From: Welwitschia mirabilis
Lineage: Eukaryota
Length of the DNA: 64,000 nucleotides
Direction of reading: 5' to 3'
NCBI GenBank assembly: GCA_051453625.1
Contig: JBOZIK010000001.1
Coordinates: forward strand, 36,961,156-37,025,155
A program made the translations under genes and the position numbers. Below, one piece after another: positions 38,110 to 51,500 of the stretch. The notes beneath the pieces were generated by a model. It did not search any database and was not told the DNA's origin. It worked only from the letters and a program-made list of their open reading frames with translations. Every line of letters starts with the position of its first letter. Position 1 is the stretch's first letter.

Positions 38110-40408
38110 ATGAGTATTTCCTTTATTGACTTTTTAAATTTGCCCTTCCTAGACACCTGTACTTTTATTTGTATGTTTTGGATAGTATGTGGATATTTTT
38201 TCAAATAGATTGCAAATAGTGGAAATGTAAAGGAGTTAAGTGAAAGTGATAAAAGAATAGTTTAAGAATCTGACAAAGAGAGAAGACCTTCCATCATGGC
38301 ACCTGTGCCTTCTTTACAAAGTGTGCCTAACACATTAGAGCATGATGACTTTGATGTGATTGATGAAGAATAGGATGAGCTGGAAAACACCTGTTAAGAA
38401 CTATACTGAGAATGTAAAAAGCTAGCTTAAAGGATAAATGATCTAAATAAGATTGAAAAATCTCTCACCAAGGAAAAGAAGGAAATGGAATCAAGTTTTA
38501 AAGGGATCAAATCTGAAAGCTCTAACCTCACTCTACAGTTAAAAGAGTTATCTCATTTTTTTAATAAATTTTCTAGTGGATCTTCCAAATTAGAATAGAT
38601 TCTTGGAATTTAGAAATCTATTGGCGATAAGTCATGTATTGGGTTCATCTCTCAAAACTTCAAAGGTAGCAAAATTAGGTAATATGGGATAGTAATTTCT
38701 TCTCAAAAGTTACTTATCATTTTTATGGAAAAATTGGTCATTCAAAACTTTTGTGTAATGCTAGAAAATAATGTTGTTTTCAAACTCAGTTAGCACTTTT
38801 TCTTTTAAATTTATTCCTAAAGGAGGTATACCACATAAGTCTAAAAATACTATGGGTGAAAGCTAATGATCTTAAAAGTCTTTTAATTGAGATAACTTTC
38901 AAAGTTTTAAATAGCACTAAATGGTATTTAGATAGTGGGTGTTCAAGGCATATAATAGGAAACAAATCTAGATTCAAGCAACTAAGCAAATTTAGTGAAA
39001 AAGAGGTGACTTTCATTGATAATAGGAGAGTAAAAATATAAGGCATTGGAAGCCTTGATGGAGGTAACCTTCCTAAAATTAATGAAGTTTTATATGTAAA
39101 TGGTTTACAACATAATTTATTGAGCATTAGTCAAATTTATAATAAAGGTCACAAGGTAGTCTTTCATAAATCAAAATGTAAAATCTTACATGAAAAATCT
39201 AATGATGTAATACTTAGAGAAAGTAGAATAGACAATGTACATAGCATATATTAATTGTTTTCTCCATGTTATTTTTCAAATGTTTCTTAAGAAGAGCTTT
39301 GGCATAAACAATTAGATCATGTTAATTATGATTAGTTGAAAATGATTATTCATAAAAATATCTTGAAAGGAATTCTTAAGATAAATGTAGAAAGACGAGG
39401 CTTATGTGATGCATGCCAAAAGGGAAAACAAATTAAGACCTCTCATAAAAGAAAAATCTAAGCATCCACATCTATGCCATTAGAGATTATTCATATGCAT
39501 CTAGTAGGCCCTGCTCAAACTTGAACTGTAGGTGGAAAATGTTATTTTCTTACCATGGTTGATAATTTTTTAGATATACTTAGATAGCCTTTTTGTTAAA
39601 AAAATCTAAATCTTATAAACATTGAGTTGAAATTTTCAATAAGATTCAAAATAAAAAGGGGTATACCATAAAGAAAATAAGAAGTAATCATGGTGGTAAA
39701 TTTTAGAATAATTTTTTTGAGAAATATTACATTGAAAATGGTATTGACCATCAGTTTTCAGCCCTAAAAACACCACAACAAAATGGTATAGCTAAAATAA
39801 ATAATAGAGTTCTTCAAGAAATGCACAAACTATGCTAAATAATAAGGAAGTTCATAAATCCTTTTGGCTGAGGCAGTTAGCACAACATGCTACATTATTA
39901 ATAAAGTAGATCTTAAACCTGGTACTAATAAAACATCATATGAGTCATGGAAAGGAAGACAACCAAATGTCTCATATTTTAAAGTCTTTGAAAGTAAATA
40001 CTATGTGCTAAAAGATAGAAAACATTTGAGCAAATTTGAGTCAAATGCAGATGAAGCTATCTTCTTGGGTTACTCAACTAGAAGTAGAGCCTATCATGTT
40101 TTCAACAAAAGAAGCTTAATGGTAGAAGAGTAAATAAACATGCAAATTAATAAGATGAACACAAAATCAAACTACACAGATGAGGAAGAAACCATAACTA
40201 CAAGTATTTCTACAACCAATGAAGGTTCTACCAAAAGAAATGAAGTTCTAATATAAGAAGGCACACTGAAAAAGCATAAACTACTTAAAGATCATTCTTT
40301 AGAATCCATTATTAGAGAAGTTAACTCTAAAAAAAAGACAAGAGGTTCTATAAAAAATTTGTGTGCTTATGTTTATTATGTCTCAAAGATAGAACCCAAG
40401 AGATATGA
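38110..40408 (+). pseudogene. Family-A gag remnant, protease and integrase (decayed), cut by D2
   Basis: WYLDSGCSRHIIG, AEAVSTTCYIINKV..FLGYSTRSRAY, ends VSKIEPKRYD. Confidence 0.9.
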
Positions 40409-41441
40409 TGTAAGATCCACATTTTTGATTTTTTAACAAGTTTATGTTTAATGAAATATTTGGAAAATATTGAACTACTTGAAATCCCAATTATGATTAT
40501 TACTATATTCTTGAAAACAGTATTATTGAGTTATAATATGAATAGCTTTTGATTAAATGCTCATACCCAAGTTTTTATATGCTCTTGTGGTGGAAGTAAT
40601 ATCTTTTATTTACTTATGCAATTGAAAGTAAATGCTAAATTAAATGTTTATTTTGGAGATATGTTATTTATTCCTTTTTCTCATTATTAAATGTAGAGCA
40701 TTATCTTGATTATATTATTGAAAGCATCCTTGGCCAGGCAATCATTTATGAGACATTATGTAATCCCTCTTGCCCTCATCCATAATATTTTATCTTTATA
40801 TGCAAGGAATCTTTGCTAACTTTCGTTTGTCTTTATATGCAAGGAATCTTTGCCAACTTTCATTTATCCTAATATTCTTATGATTCTTTGCATTCTACCA
40901 AATCTCAATTATAGTTAGGACTCTCCTTCTCCTTTTGTCTCACTTTCATTTTTGGAGAACCTCTTGCTACTGAGTCTTAGAGCTAGAAAATCCTTAAAGA
41001 CTAGCAAAGATCTTGAGTTCTTAAAAATCAATATGGTTCCATACTTTTGTGCTTCCTTGATAGTCCCTTCTTATGCATTCTGTGTTAAAATCGTCATGTT
41101 ATGTATGATTCTATACTTTTGTATTTTCTTGATGATCCTTGCTTATGGATTTGTTTACTGAAATCGATGTGTATTTATAATCCTATATGATGAACATTAA
41201 ATGATGTGATGCATGAATGAGATAAACTCTATGCTAATACATGTTTCATCTTCATTACTCTTTTTCTTAATATCTTTAGGTTATATTCCTTAGTATGAGA
41301 TGAAAACTCATGATTAAATCCTTTTTACTCATCTTGTAATCTGCTTTTAAATTCTTGTTGAGGTGTTTGTCATGGTCAACCTTCTCTCGACTTTGTAATA
41401 TCATCTTGTTAAACTTATGGTTATGGATTTTCAACAAATTG

Positions 41442-41795
41442 TCAAATGAGGTAGTGGACTTTATATATTTCCAAATGAGGTAGTGAAGAGAGAATCCCAT
41501 AAATTATTGAACAAGGTAGTGGGAATATTATATTATCATAGATCACCAAATGAGGCGGTGGGCTTCACAAATCGTCAAATGAGGTAGTGAAGTTAATGAT
41601 AAATAATATTTTATATATATTATTATGAGTATCATAGATCATCAAATGAGGTAGTGGGCTTTACAGATCACCAAATAAGGCAGTGGGCTTTACAAATCGC
41701 CAAATGAAGCAGTGAAGTTAAATATTATGTGAGAACAATAGATCACCGAATGAGGCATTGGCTTTACAGATTGCCGAACAAGGCAATGAAGTTAA
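41442..41795 (+). repeat. Degenerate ~29-bp tandem repeat in D2
   Basis: About ten units like CAAATGAGGTAGTGGGCTTTACAGATCAC. Confidence 0.85.
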
Positions 41796-41804
41796 TATTG
41801 ATAT

Positions 41805-41812
<8 letters not shown>

Positions 41813-41853
<41 letters not shown>
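41813..41853. repeat. (TA)n microsatellite
   Basis: Directly visible. Confidence 0.95.
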
Positions 41854-41856
<3 letters not shown>

Positions 41857-43243
41857 ATTCTCATTCATAGCCATAAGCTCATTATTTGTGTATTTCTTAG
41901 ATTTCTTGAAAGTTTTAAACTTTTCCTTGTTATCTTGATCCTTGAAGTATCTTGCCAAAATACTTATTGTTGTCTAGGCCATACTAGGAGCAGTGAAATT
42001 TTCACAATTCTCATTCCATATTTTTCTTGTTATATGTGGAAAATTTGGTGTCTAATTGCTAAGATGACATGAGTTTGTAATGGATCATTGGATTTATAAT
42101 GGTGGAAAAGAAAATCTTTAGATTTATTTTATCTCTTTGGCTACTAGAGTTAATTATCTGATTACATGAATAGACAATATATTAATTATCATTTTGATGA
42201 GGGATAAACTCTAGTTATTCATAATTGTGTGGCTTTCATTTTTATATGGAATGATCATTTTCCTTCTTAAAATAAAATTTTTTTATTGGAGATCATACTT
42301 TCTAGTTATTATCTCATAAAATTTATTAAAATTTTGAATGTCTACCCATGTATGTATGAAATATTATATTAGATATCAAATTGAAAGATTGTAAATTCTT
42401 AGGTATCTTTGTGGAATAGACCTAAATTTCTGCATTATTGTTATATTGTGATTAAAAAATTCATTCAAAAATTTTATTAGAAAACTTTGGAAGATTTTGT
42501 AATAAGTAGACGTCTTCTTTAGTCTATTAAAAGTTTTGTAGTGTATCTTTGATAAAATTTCTTTTAAATGTGGACTAGAGACTTTCCCTCCTTTCCAAAG
42601 AAATTTAAATCCTAAGAAAAAGAAGTTACTTTTTCTCTTAAAATTAATTAAGTGTTGTAAGATTAGTTAGTATAAATTTTCTCTTTAAAAACTAAGTTAA
42701 GGTATCATGGAGGATAGGATCGCCTTAAAGAAAGCCATTATTAATGAAGTTAAAAATTCTTGAAATGGACATTACAAAAAGGAAGTTTCAAATTCTTGAG
42801 ATGAACGTTACAAAGTCTAAATTTTCCATCAATAAAATAGATAGTTTTTAATTAATGCTTTTGATAGAGGAGATTAATGAGGATTTAATCTTTTGCTAAT
42901 AAAGTAACATTTGTAAATTAAAAAAAATAGGTATTACATTTTGATATCAGAGTGACAGAGCAAGTTAAAGTTTTCGACATTAGAATTTTTTTAGGAATTC
43001 ACATTTGGCATCAAATTCAAGTTTAAAGGCTTTTTAACTATAAAATTTTGGGGTGTTACAATTTGGTATTAGAGTGATCAAGTTAATGAAGATTTTCAAC
43101 TATAGAATTTTAGGATGTTTCAATGTTAAATGGAATGATATCAAAATTAGTAGCTTAACAACAATTATTCCCAGCAAAATCAAAACATAGGCTCTAATAA
43201 CAACTCCATAGTATCTATGCCTAGTAGAACTGCTAACCTAGAT

Positions 43244-43898
43244 TTGATACCAACATGTAACATCCTATTAATTTAATATTCAAAAACTTTTATATGATAA
43301 TGCATTGATATCAAACTATAACATATGAAATTTTATTCTAAATATCCTCCTACATTATGTTTTAGTTCTTCGAAAAAATAATGAACAAACAAATTTCTAC
43401 TTTTAAAACTTTTTGATTAGATATTAAGGAAATTATTTGCTATAATTGATAATAATAATTTATGGTTAGATTTAAATCACAGAGTTACCATAATTCGAAA
43501 ACATAACTCTTAAATTACAAATAATTTAAACAATCAAAATCTTTCAAGAGAGAAAAGATAATTATGAAAGAATATACATAATCTTGAAAATAAATTTGAG
43601 TACAAATTCCTATTCACAAAATTAATACAAACTACTTAGGACATCCAATTCCTTTAACTTCATGGATTTAAACATTAAGAATGAAAATAGCATTCAATTT
43701 CATCTACAATAGCTGGCTCATTTCAAGACCTTCTTTGTAGTAGGTCTTGCACATGTAAGCATGGCGCGAGAACTGTGACCTTCATAGTTCGCAGTATGAT
43801 CCACGGTAATGTTTAGGAAAGGGGTTCTAAGGGCAAGATAAGATTCTCACGAAAATTGATATGTGATCAAGAGAAACTAAGAAGGCAATGCCAAACAA
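43244..43898 (-). mobile_element. Opposite-strand LTR 3' end plus PBS inside D2
   Basis: Minus strand reads ..GGATGTTACA TGT TGGTATCAAA (LTR end at 43256); runs into an N gap. Confidence 0.5.
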
Positions 43899-45842
43899 NN
43901 NNNNNNNNNNNNNNNNNNNNNNNNNNNNNNNNNNNNNNNNNNNNNNNNNNNNNNNNNNNNNNNNNNNNNNNNNNNNNNNNNNNNNNNNNNNNNNNNNNAA
44001 TTGTTATTTTGATGAGAGATAGATTATATTTATTCATAAGTGTATGACTTGCAGTACTTAAAGTTTACTTGAAATTTTATGATACATGGAATGATGATTT
44101 TCCTTCTTCAAATTTTGTAATTAAACTTGTTATTTGAAGGTCAAATTTTTTCAATTATTATCTTATGGAATTTATTAATTTTTCCCATGTATCTTTGATA
44201 TATTTTATTTCTTATTGAAAGAAAAGATTGTGAAAGTTTGAAAATCTTTTGGAATGAACCTGGAAATTTGTATATTATCATTATACAGAAGTGGAAAGTT
44301 TTATTGCAATATTTCATTGAAAAATTTTTATGATTAATTGAAGTTCTTCTTGAGTCTATTTATCCTTAATAAATTATCCTTTCATGTAAACAAGAGACCT
44401 TCCCTCCTACTAAAATAATTAAGACCCAAAAAACTTCTTCTCATTAGAGGTCAAAGGGAATTGAAGGATGGGTATTAATTGAGTGCCTCTAAACTCAATT
44501 AAAAGACTTAAATGTATTGAAAAGAAGGGATGATAATGGATTAAAGAAAGGCCCTTGAGTGAGTCCCTCTAAAAGTCTTAAATGTTTGATTTACTAGAAA
44601 GAGGAAATGATAATTACTAAAAGTTAAGGGTCGTTGTGGTCTTACTGGGGTTTTCCCCCTTCACTTACCCCACGCTGTTCATAGCCTATGTTCACGGTGC
44701 TCATGAAACGTGTCGTCAACCTTCCTCCATCATAGCCAACGTGACTCCCCCTCTGAGGCATTTGTGAGTATCTTATCACTGTTAGTCTCTCCTCTGCATC
44801 ACTTGTGTGTGTCTCACAGTGCGCTGCCCTCCTTTGTTCTGCATCCCTCGCCTCGGCTTGCACCCACATTCCCTGGCAATGTTGCCTCCTTCACACTTGT
44901 GCGCAGCCATCGTTCCCTTTGCCACCCAACCTGAGCTATGCCAAAATGCCTTGATGTCATGGATAAGTCTACTGATGCGTTGCTCATTTGTGTTTCACGT
45001 TGCTAAGCCTTAGTGCGTCCCATAACCGCGCGCAATGCTTTTGTAGCCCACTTCCCTATGTCCTTTTACAATGCACCGCTTGACCCTTCTTAAATGCTCT
45101 GCTTTCACCTATGTTCACGCGCCGATTATCCAACGTTCATCTTTTTGCAAATTTTCCGTATGATCTTCCTACGCTCAGTTGAATCTCTGCTTTTTTGATT
45201 GCGTTGCCTGAACCCTAGCTGGTGACATCTTGTTAGGACTCGCGTTGCCCTACCAGCATGCATTCCAGCTTTTCTTTCTCACCCCTCCTTTTGACACTCA
45301 ACTTTTGAGGTGTTTGCACTTGCGCTCTGCTAGTCACCGAAATCCACCTACAATATGCTCAAATAATGAATGCTTAGACTTGTTGATGAAAGAATTTTTG
45401 GTCAAATATGTTAAAGAGTGGACATAGGAGTTGAAGCTGGGCACACTCAAGTTAATTGAATTCTAGAGTGCCAGGAATAAAAGGGGGGATAAAATGGAGT
45501 TTTGAGATGCGCTTCATGTTTTCTCCACTGGCAATCATAAAAACGTCTTCTTACCAATTCTTTTTTTTCATGTATAATCTTTCTGCTATTGGAACCTAAA
45601 GTCTGTTTCGTGCAAGAGTATGCAGAGTTGTTTAGAAAGGCGTAATTAAGAATGGGCATTATTTGTGAGTGACCGAGTTGAGTGGATCTGGGCATCACGT
45701 AAGGGGGCATTAGTCAAAATTTGTGTGAATGTTGCATTGCGACCAGATGTATCAAAATTGTGTGAACAAATGCATCATTTAAAGCTTGCTCCCACCAAAT
45801 AGAACATTCCAATGCTGACAGAGCATTTGTTTTAACTAAGTT

Positions 45843-45913
45843 GGAGGTGGCGTAGTGGTGAAGGTGTATGAATAATAATCAGGAGGTTATAGGGTCAATC
45901 CCAATTCTGAGCA
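45843..45913 (+). pseudogene. tRNA-derived remnant (tRNA pseudogene or SINE head)
   Basis: A box TGGCGTAGTGG (45848), B-box-like GGGTCAATCCC (45892), 44-nt spacing, AGGAGGT variable-loop-like segment, downstream T7 run; acceptor stem does not pair. Confidence 0.55.
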
Positions 45914-46717
45914 AAATGTCATTTTTTTAATATAACTCAAATATTCTTGAAATCCTGACATTTAAATTATTTGTCTAGAAATTAATTAAATATGTTTATA
46001 GAAAAGTATATAAGAAGTATAAGTGTGTATATATATATATATAATGTGCACTGATTATAGATGAGGCTTGTAAAATGACCCAACTTCATCAATATAGTTC
46101 TCTCTATAATCTGAATAAAATGAAGGTCCATTTAAATTTGACTTGGAGGAGGGTTAACATCAATTCTTAATTACAAATAAAACAATAATCCTTCATAAAT
46201 CCTTAAATACATTTGTTACTAATTTTAAGTCCTTTATATTATAAAACTCTTGGTTTCCTTTCCCTTAGTCAAACCCAAATTCATATATCCGCTTTAGATT
46301 ATTATTGTATCTTCTTTCAATTTATTAGCTTACACATCATTCCTTGTAAACACTTATGAGGATATGTAAAAGTATTATTCCCTTGAAGATCATCCTTCAT
46401 GCATTATTATCTTATTTGCTCCTTGCAGTCGACTTTTCTTGAAAGCCAAAAAAATAAAGTATTATGATTTGCTATTCTTCTTTGAAACATTGCATGATAA
46501 AATATTAGACCTGTCCAAGTTCTAGACCAATTCCTTGCTTTCACTTCTATCTATTCTATAGAAAATAGAATATCACTTTAAGTAGTACTCAATTGCTTAT
46601 TATAAGAATGAAAACCCTTGTTTAAATTTTTATCTTCAAATCATGGGATTTTACATTTTGGTATTAGAGCATTAAAGTTTATAGAGACTTTCAGTGGTAG
46701 AATTTCACACTATTATG

Positions 46718-48558
46718 TTTGAAGAAGCAGAAATTCATGAGGAATAGATGATGACAATGCAAGATAAGCTATAACAATTTAAAAGAAATAATGTTTGGAA
46801 GGTAGTAGAAAGGCTAAAAGATAAGAATGTAATTGGAACTAAATGGATTTTTAAAGATAAATGTGATGAAAAAACAATATCATTAGAAACAAGGCAAGAC
46901 TAGTAGCTCAAGGCTACAATCAAATAAAAGGCATTAATTTAGGAGATACTTTTGCTCTTATTGCAAGGCTGGATAGCATTAGAATTTTTTTGTCCTTTGT
47001 AACTTTTAAGAATTTCAAAGTGTATCAAATGGATGTAAAAAGTACTTTTCTAAATGGTACATTAATTGAAGAAGTCTATATAGAATCACCATAAGGTTTT
47101 ATTAATCCTCATAAAACTGATCACATATATAGACTTAAGAAAGCNNNNNNNNNNNNNNNNNNNNNNNNNNNNNNNNNNNNNNNNNNNNNNNNNNNNNNNN
47201 NNNNNNNNNNNNNNNNNNNNNNNNNNNNNNNNNNNNNNNNNNNNNNNNNNNNNNNNNNNNNNNNNNNNNNNNNNNNNNNNNNNNNNNNNNNNNNNNNNNN
47301 NNNNNNNNNNNNNNNNNNNNNNNNNNNNNNNNNNNNNNNNNNNNNNNNNNNNNNNNNNNNNNNNNNNNNNNNNNNNNNNNNNNNNNNNNNNNNNNNNNNN
47401 NNNNNNNNNNNNNNNNNNNNNNNNNNNNNNNNNNNNNNNNNNNNNNNNNNNNNNNNNNNNNNNNNNNNNNNNNNNNNNNNNNNNNNNNNNNNNNNNNNNN
47501 NNNNNNNNNNNNNNNNNNNNNNNNNNNNNNNNNNNNNNNNNNNNNNNNNNNNNNNNNNNNNNNNNNNNNNNNNNNNNNNNNNNNNNNNNNNNNNNNNNNN
47601 NNNNNNNNNNNNNNNNNNNNNNNNNNNNNNNNNNNNNNNNNNNNNNNNNNNNNNNNNNNNNNNNNNNNNNNNNNNNNNNNNNNNNNNNNNNNNNNNNNNN
47701 NNNNNNNNNNNNNNNNNNNNNNNNNNNNNNNNNNNNNNNNNNNNNNNNNNNNNNNNNNNNNNNNNNNNNNNNNNNNNNNNNNNNNNNNNNNNNNNNNNNN
47801 NNNNNNNNNNNNNNNNNNNNNNNNNNNNNNNNNNNNNNNNNNNNNNNNNNNNNNNNNNNNNNNNNNNNNNNNNNNNNNNNNNNNNNNNNNNNNNNNNNNN
47901 NNNNNNNNNNNNNNNNNNNNNNNNNNNNNNNNNNNNNCTAGATATTATGTTTAGTGTTGAAGCATGTGTAATAAATTAATCCCAACCTAAAGAATCACAT
48001 CTTCAAGCAATAAAAAGAATAATCAGGTATGTAAAAGGTACATGTGATTATGGCTTATGGTATCCCAGTAAGATATCTTTCAAACTTCTAGGTTTTAATG
48101 ATGTAGATTAGGCTAGATGCAAAGATGATAGAAAAAACACAAGTAGAAATTGCTTTCTACTAGGTTCATGTTTAGTGGGATGGGAAAGCAAGAAACAAAA
48201 CTCTATTTCTCTCTCTACTATAGAAGCTGAATATATTATAGCAAGTAGTTATTGTACTTACTTTTTATAGATGAAAAAAATGTTAAAAGATTTTGGTGTT
48301 AATTTTGAACAAGTTTCTATTTTCTATGATAACACAAGTGCTATTAATATATCAAAAAATCTGGTTTAGCACTCAAGAACGAAGCATATTGAGCTAAGAC
48401 ATCATTTCGTACGGGACCAAGTTTCAAGAGGATACATCTCGATGAATTTTGTAAATTCAGACCAGTAATTAGCAGATATTTTTATTTAACCCCTAAATTT
48501 TAGTACTTTTCTTAATTTTAGAAATGAATTAGGAGTTCTCTCACTATCCTATGGATGA
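46718..48558 (+). pseudogene. Family-A RT and RNase H (decayed, gapped)
   Basis: [40 protein letters not shown], ends LGVLSLSYG*. Confidence 0.9.
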
Positions 48559-51500
48559 TTACAGGATGGTCGACCGAATGCTTTATTAGGTTGATTGGAT
48601 GAGGTCATTTCGAGTAGTTTAAAATTTGGTCACCCAAATACTCTAGGTTTTGTAGCTATCCCAGCAAAAGTACAAAATTAAAAATTTGTTATTTACTTTT
48701 GTTTTATCAATAAATGTTTGTTCTCTCCTTTTTCATTGATGTTAAAATGGGAAGAATTAGTTGTTTATTTGTTGAATATTTGTAATGTTTACTTATGTTT
48801 AATGAAATACACTTATCTATTATGCACAAAATTGTGTTTCAATTAGTATCTCAAATCTTTTTATGTTGTTACAAATTATAAATGCTCAACATATTTCTAT
48901 TTTGGCATCATACGCACTTAACTTAAAAAGTTTAAAGTCTTCTAACATTGGAAATAAATTCTCATGTATGATATTTGGCTAAAATGTTAAATGAGTGGCA
49001 TGATCACATTATGCTTATTATAAAGTTGTGCTTTTTAAACTTTAAAATATACATATTAAATTATTCCATTTAAAGCACAAAATTTGATTGTTTCAAAAGG
49101 CGTATTATTTTACAATAGGCATTTTGTAAGGGGGAGCTTTTCTAAAGTTCTAATTTTTCACAACTAAGTATTTGTTTGTCCTCAATGTCAAAGGGGAAGA
49201 TTGTTATATTATGTTTTGCCAATTGATGTTAAACTAATCTTTTCTGTATAGAAAATTTTTTGTATCTTATGTAGAAGATGTTAATTACTCACAGGTCAAA
49301 AGATGAAACCCAAACCATCATTTTTTGAGTACTAAAAACTTGTTAGTTCTTTTATCCTCTTGAGGGGTCAACTAGATTTTTAAGGGGTCAACAACACCTG
49401 AAGTAGATAGAAAATGATCTGCATCTAGAGGTATGAACCAAACTTCTGATGGGGTCAACTGAACCTGTAACCTCAAAGACCAGTGTCCCTGAACTGAATG
49501 GCAAGGGGTCGACTGGACCTTTATGGGGTCGATCGGATTTGAGGACTTATTAAATAGTATCCCTGGACTAAATGACAAGGGGTTAATTAGACCTATGATG
49601 GTGTCGACCAGATCTATGAATAAAGGAATAGTACTCTTGAACTGATTGTCAAGGGCTCGACTAGACCTATGATGAGGTCGCCTAGACTTGAGCACTATGC
49701 AACTAATACGTTTGAGCTGATATTCATGGGGTCGACTTGACACCTGAAGGGGTCGACTAGACCTAATGTTGGAAACTGGAAAGAATTTTATTAGGAGGAG
49801 CAGGCAACCAGATAATGTAGTCGATGATCAAACTGAGATCGACTCGACAGTGAACCATAAGAAATTGAAATGACCAAATTTCTCACTTGGGCGACCTGTG
49901 TAAGTCATGACAGCAGATGGGGTCGACCGAATTTTTGAGGGGTCGACAAGACAGAACNNNNNNNNNNNNNNNNNNNNNNNNNNNNNNNNNNNNNNNNNNN
50001 NNNNNNNNNNNNNNNNNNNNNNNNNNNNNNNNNNNNNNNNNNNNNNNNNNNNNNNNNGGAGGAGGAGGCAACCAGATAATGTAGTCGATGATCAAACTGA
50101 GATCGACTAGACAGTGAACCATAAGAAATTGGAATGACCAAATTTCTCACTTGGGCGACCTATGTAAGTCATGACACCAGATGGGGTCGACCAAATTTTT
50201 GAGGGGTCGACTAGACAGAACGGAAGTACAATTTTTTAAACATTATATATCTGTTATGTAGCCATTAGATAGCTATTTTCTAGCTATCTATAGCCGTTGG
50301 AAGTGCATTTTAGATGTAATAAATTCTAAAATCCTTCTAATATAAAAAGCTAAGACATAGATAACTAAAGAATCTTGTGGAACTATTTTAATTTGGGTGA
50401 ATATATTAGATTAATCTTTGTAATTGTGTGACTTTCACTATTGTATCTTAGCAACTATACTTCTGACAGGAAAAAATCTACTATTAGAGCTTTATTTGTT
50501 TTACATCTACAGGAGAAGAGCTCCATCAAATCTAATAAATCAAGAATGAGTAATACCTATGCTCTATTGGCATTATTCCATCACTACTTTGCTTTGTGAA
50601 AGGTTGAGACTAAGCCTTGAAAATTCTATTCAAAGGTTGAGACTAAGCCTTACAAAGGTCATTCAAAAGTTGAGACTAAGCCTGGAAAAGTCCGTTTGTA
50701 AAGGTTACAAGTGAATCCGGAATACTTAGTGGAGTAATAAAGATCCGAGGTCTAGCTTGGGGATAAGCTGATCTTTGATAGTGGAGTAGGGTATTTCCCA
50801 AACCACTATAAATCTGGCTTGCCTCTATTTGGTATTTTTGTGATTTTGGTTATTATTTCTTTACTCCTATTATTTTCCTATTTTATGCATATTTTAGATT
50901 AGTTAATTATTATATGAAAGTTTTATTTAAGATTGGATTTATTTAGAATATTATATTGCATCTTTTTAAAAGAACCTATTCACCCCTCCTCTAGGGTTCT
51001 TGATCTTGTTAGTTAATAACTCATTTGAAACATAAGATATTAGTTAAAATCCAAATTAACTCTGTTACCTATTTTAACTCAGTACATTCTTTAATTTTTC
51101 AGACATCTTCACTTAAGACATCTTGAATTTCTAAGATGTCTTCAATAACTAGTTTTACAGTTTAGCATCAGATTCATTTCGTGAGATGTTGCCTTTGAAG
51201 ATCTATCATGATCTTGTTTCTATCAAGGTTAGATTCACCTATAACAACCTATCTACACAAATACACAAAATGTTTGATAAGTAGAATTATCAAAACTAGA
51301 TTTTCCAATAGGTTCCTACATATTTTTTTATATAGGAGATAGGTTTAATATAATTTTAAATGGATCTAATATAATAACAACTAAAATTGATGTGGAGTAA
51401 TATCTAGAAAATAATTTGAAAAGTTTCACTTTCACTTCAATGGGTTAACCTGTTGAAACATCTGGTAGACCTAATTGATTATCATCACTTGACCTAGTTG

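Larger units (their letters stand above)
40409..46717 (+). mobile_element. Element D2: non-coding LTR-type insertion with Tekay/Del-like termini
   Basis: Starts TGTAAGATCC, matching GGATTTTACA at 46655; copia frame IEPKRY|FEEAEIHE resumes at 46718; TSD TATGA/TTTGA; 42185-42640 recurs diverged at 44005-44445. Confidence 0.7.
35006..51011 (+). mobile_element. Element A2: gag-deleted Sirevirus-like copia inserted in the B 5' LTR
   Basis: LTRs 35006-36614 and 49202-51011, TSD GTTGA/GTTAA, PBS TTTGGTATTAGA at 36615, PPT AAAGGGGAAGAT before 49202; an extra LTR end plus PBS at 37920-38056 after a gap. Confidence 0.85.
21064..51310 (-). mobile_element. Element B: Sirevirus-like copia derivative with gag and env-like ORF but no pol, inserted in the C 5' LTR
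   Basis: Perfect TSD GGTTC (21059-21063, 51311-51315); 3' LTR 21064-22422; 5' LTR in three pieces (28028/28788-29637, 34776-35005, 51012-51310); PBS-like TGGTATTACAG at ~28025; PPTs at 22423-22437 and ~23132-23146. Confidence 0.88.

Noticed and set aside
41442-41795. CRISPR-like spaced repeats, containing let-7-like TGAGGTAGT
   Set aside because: Units are degenerate and mostly adjacent, no unique spacers or cas genes, eukaryotic LTR context; the 9-mer match is chance.
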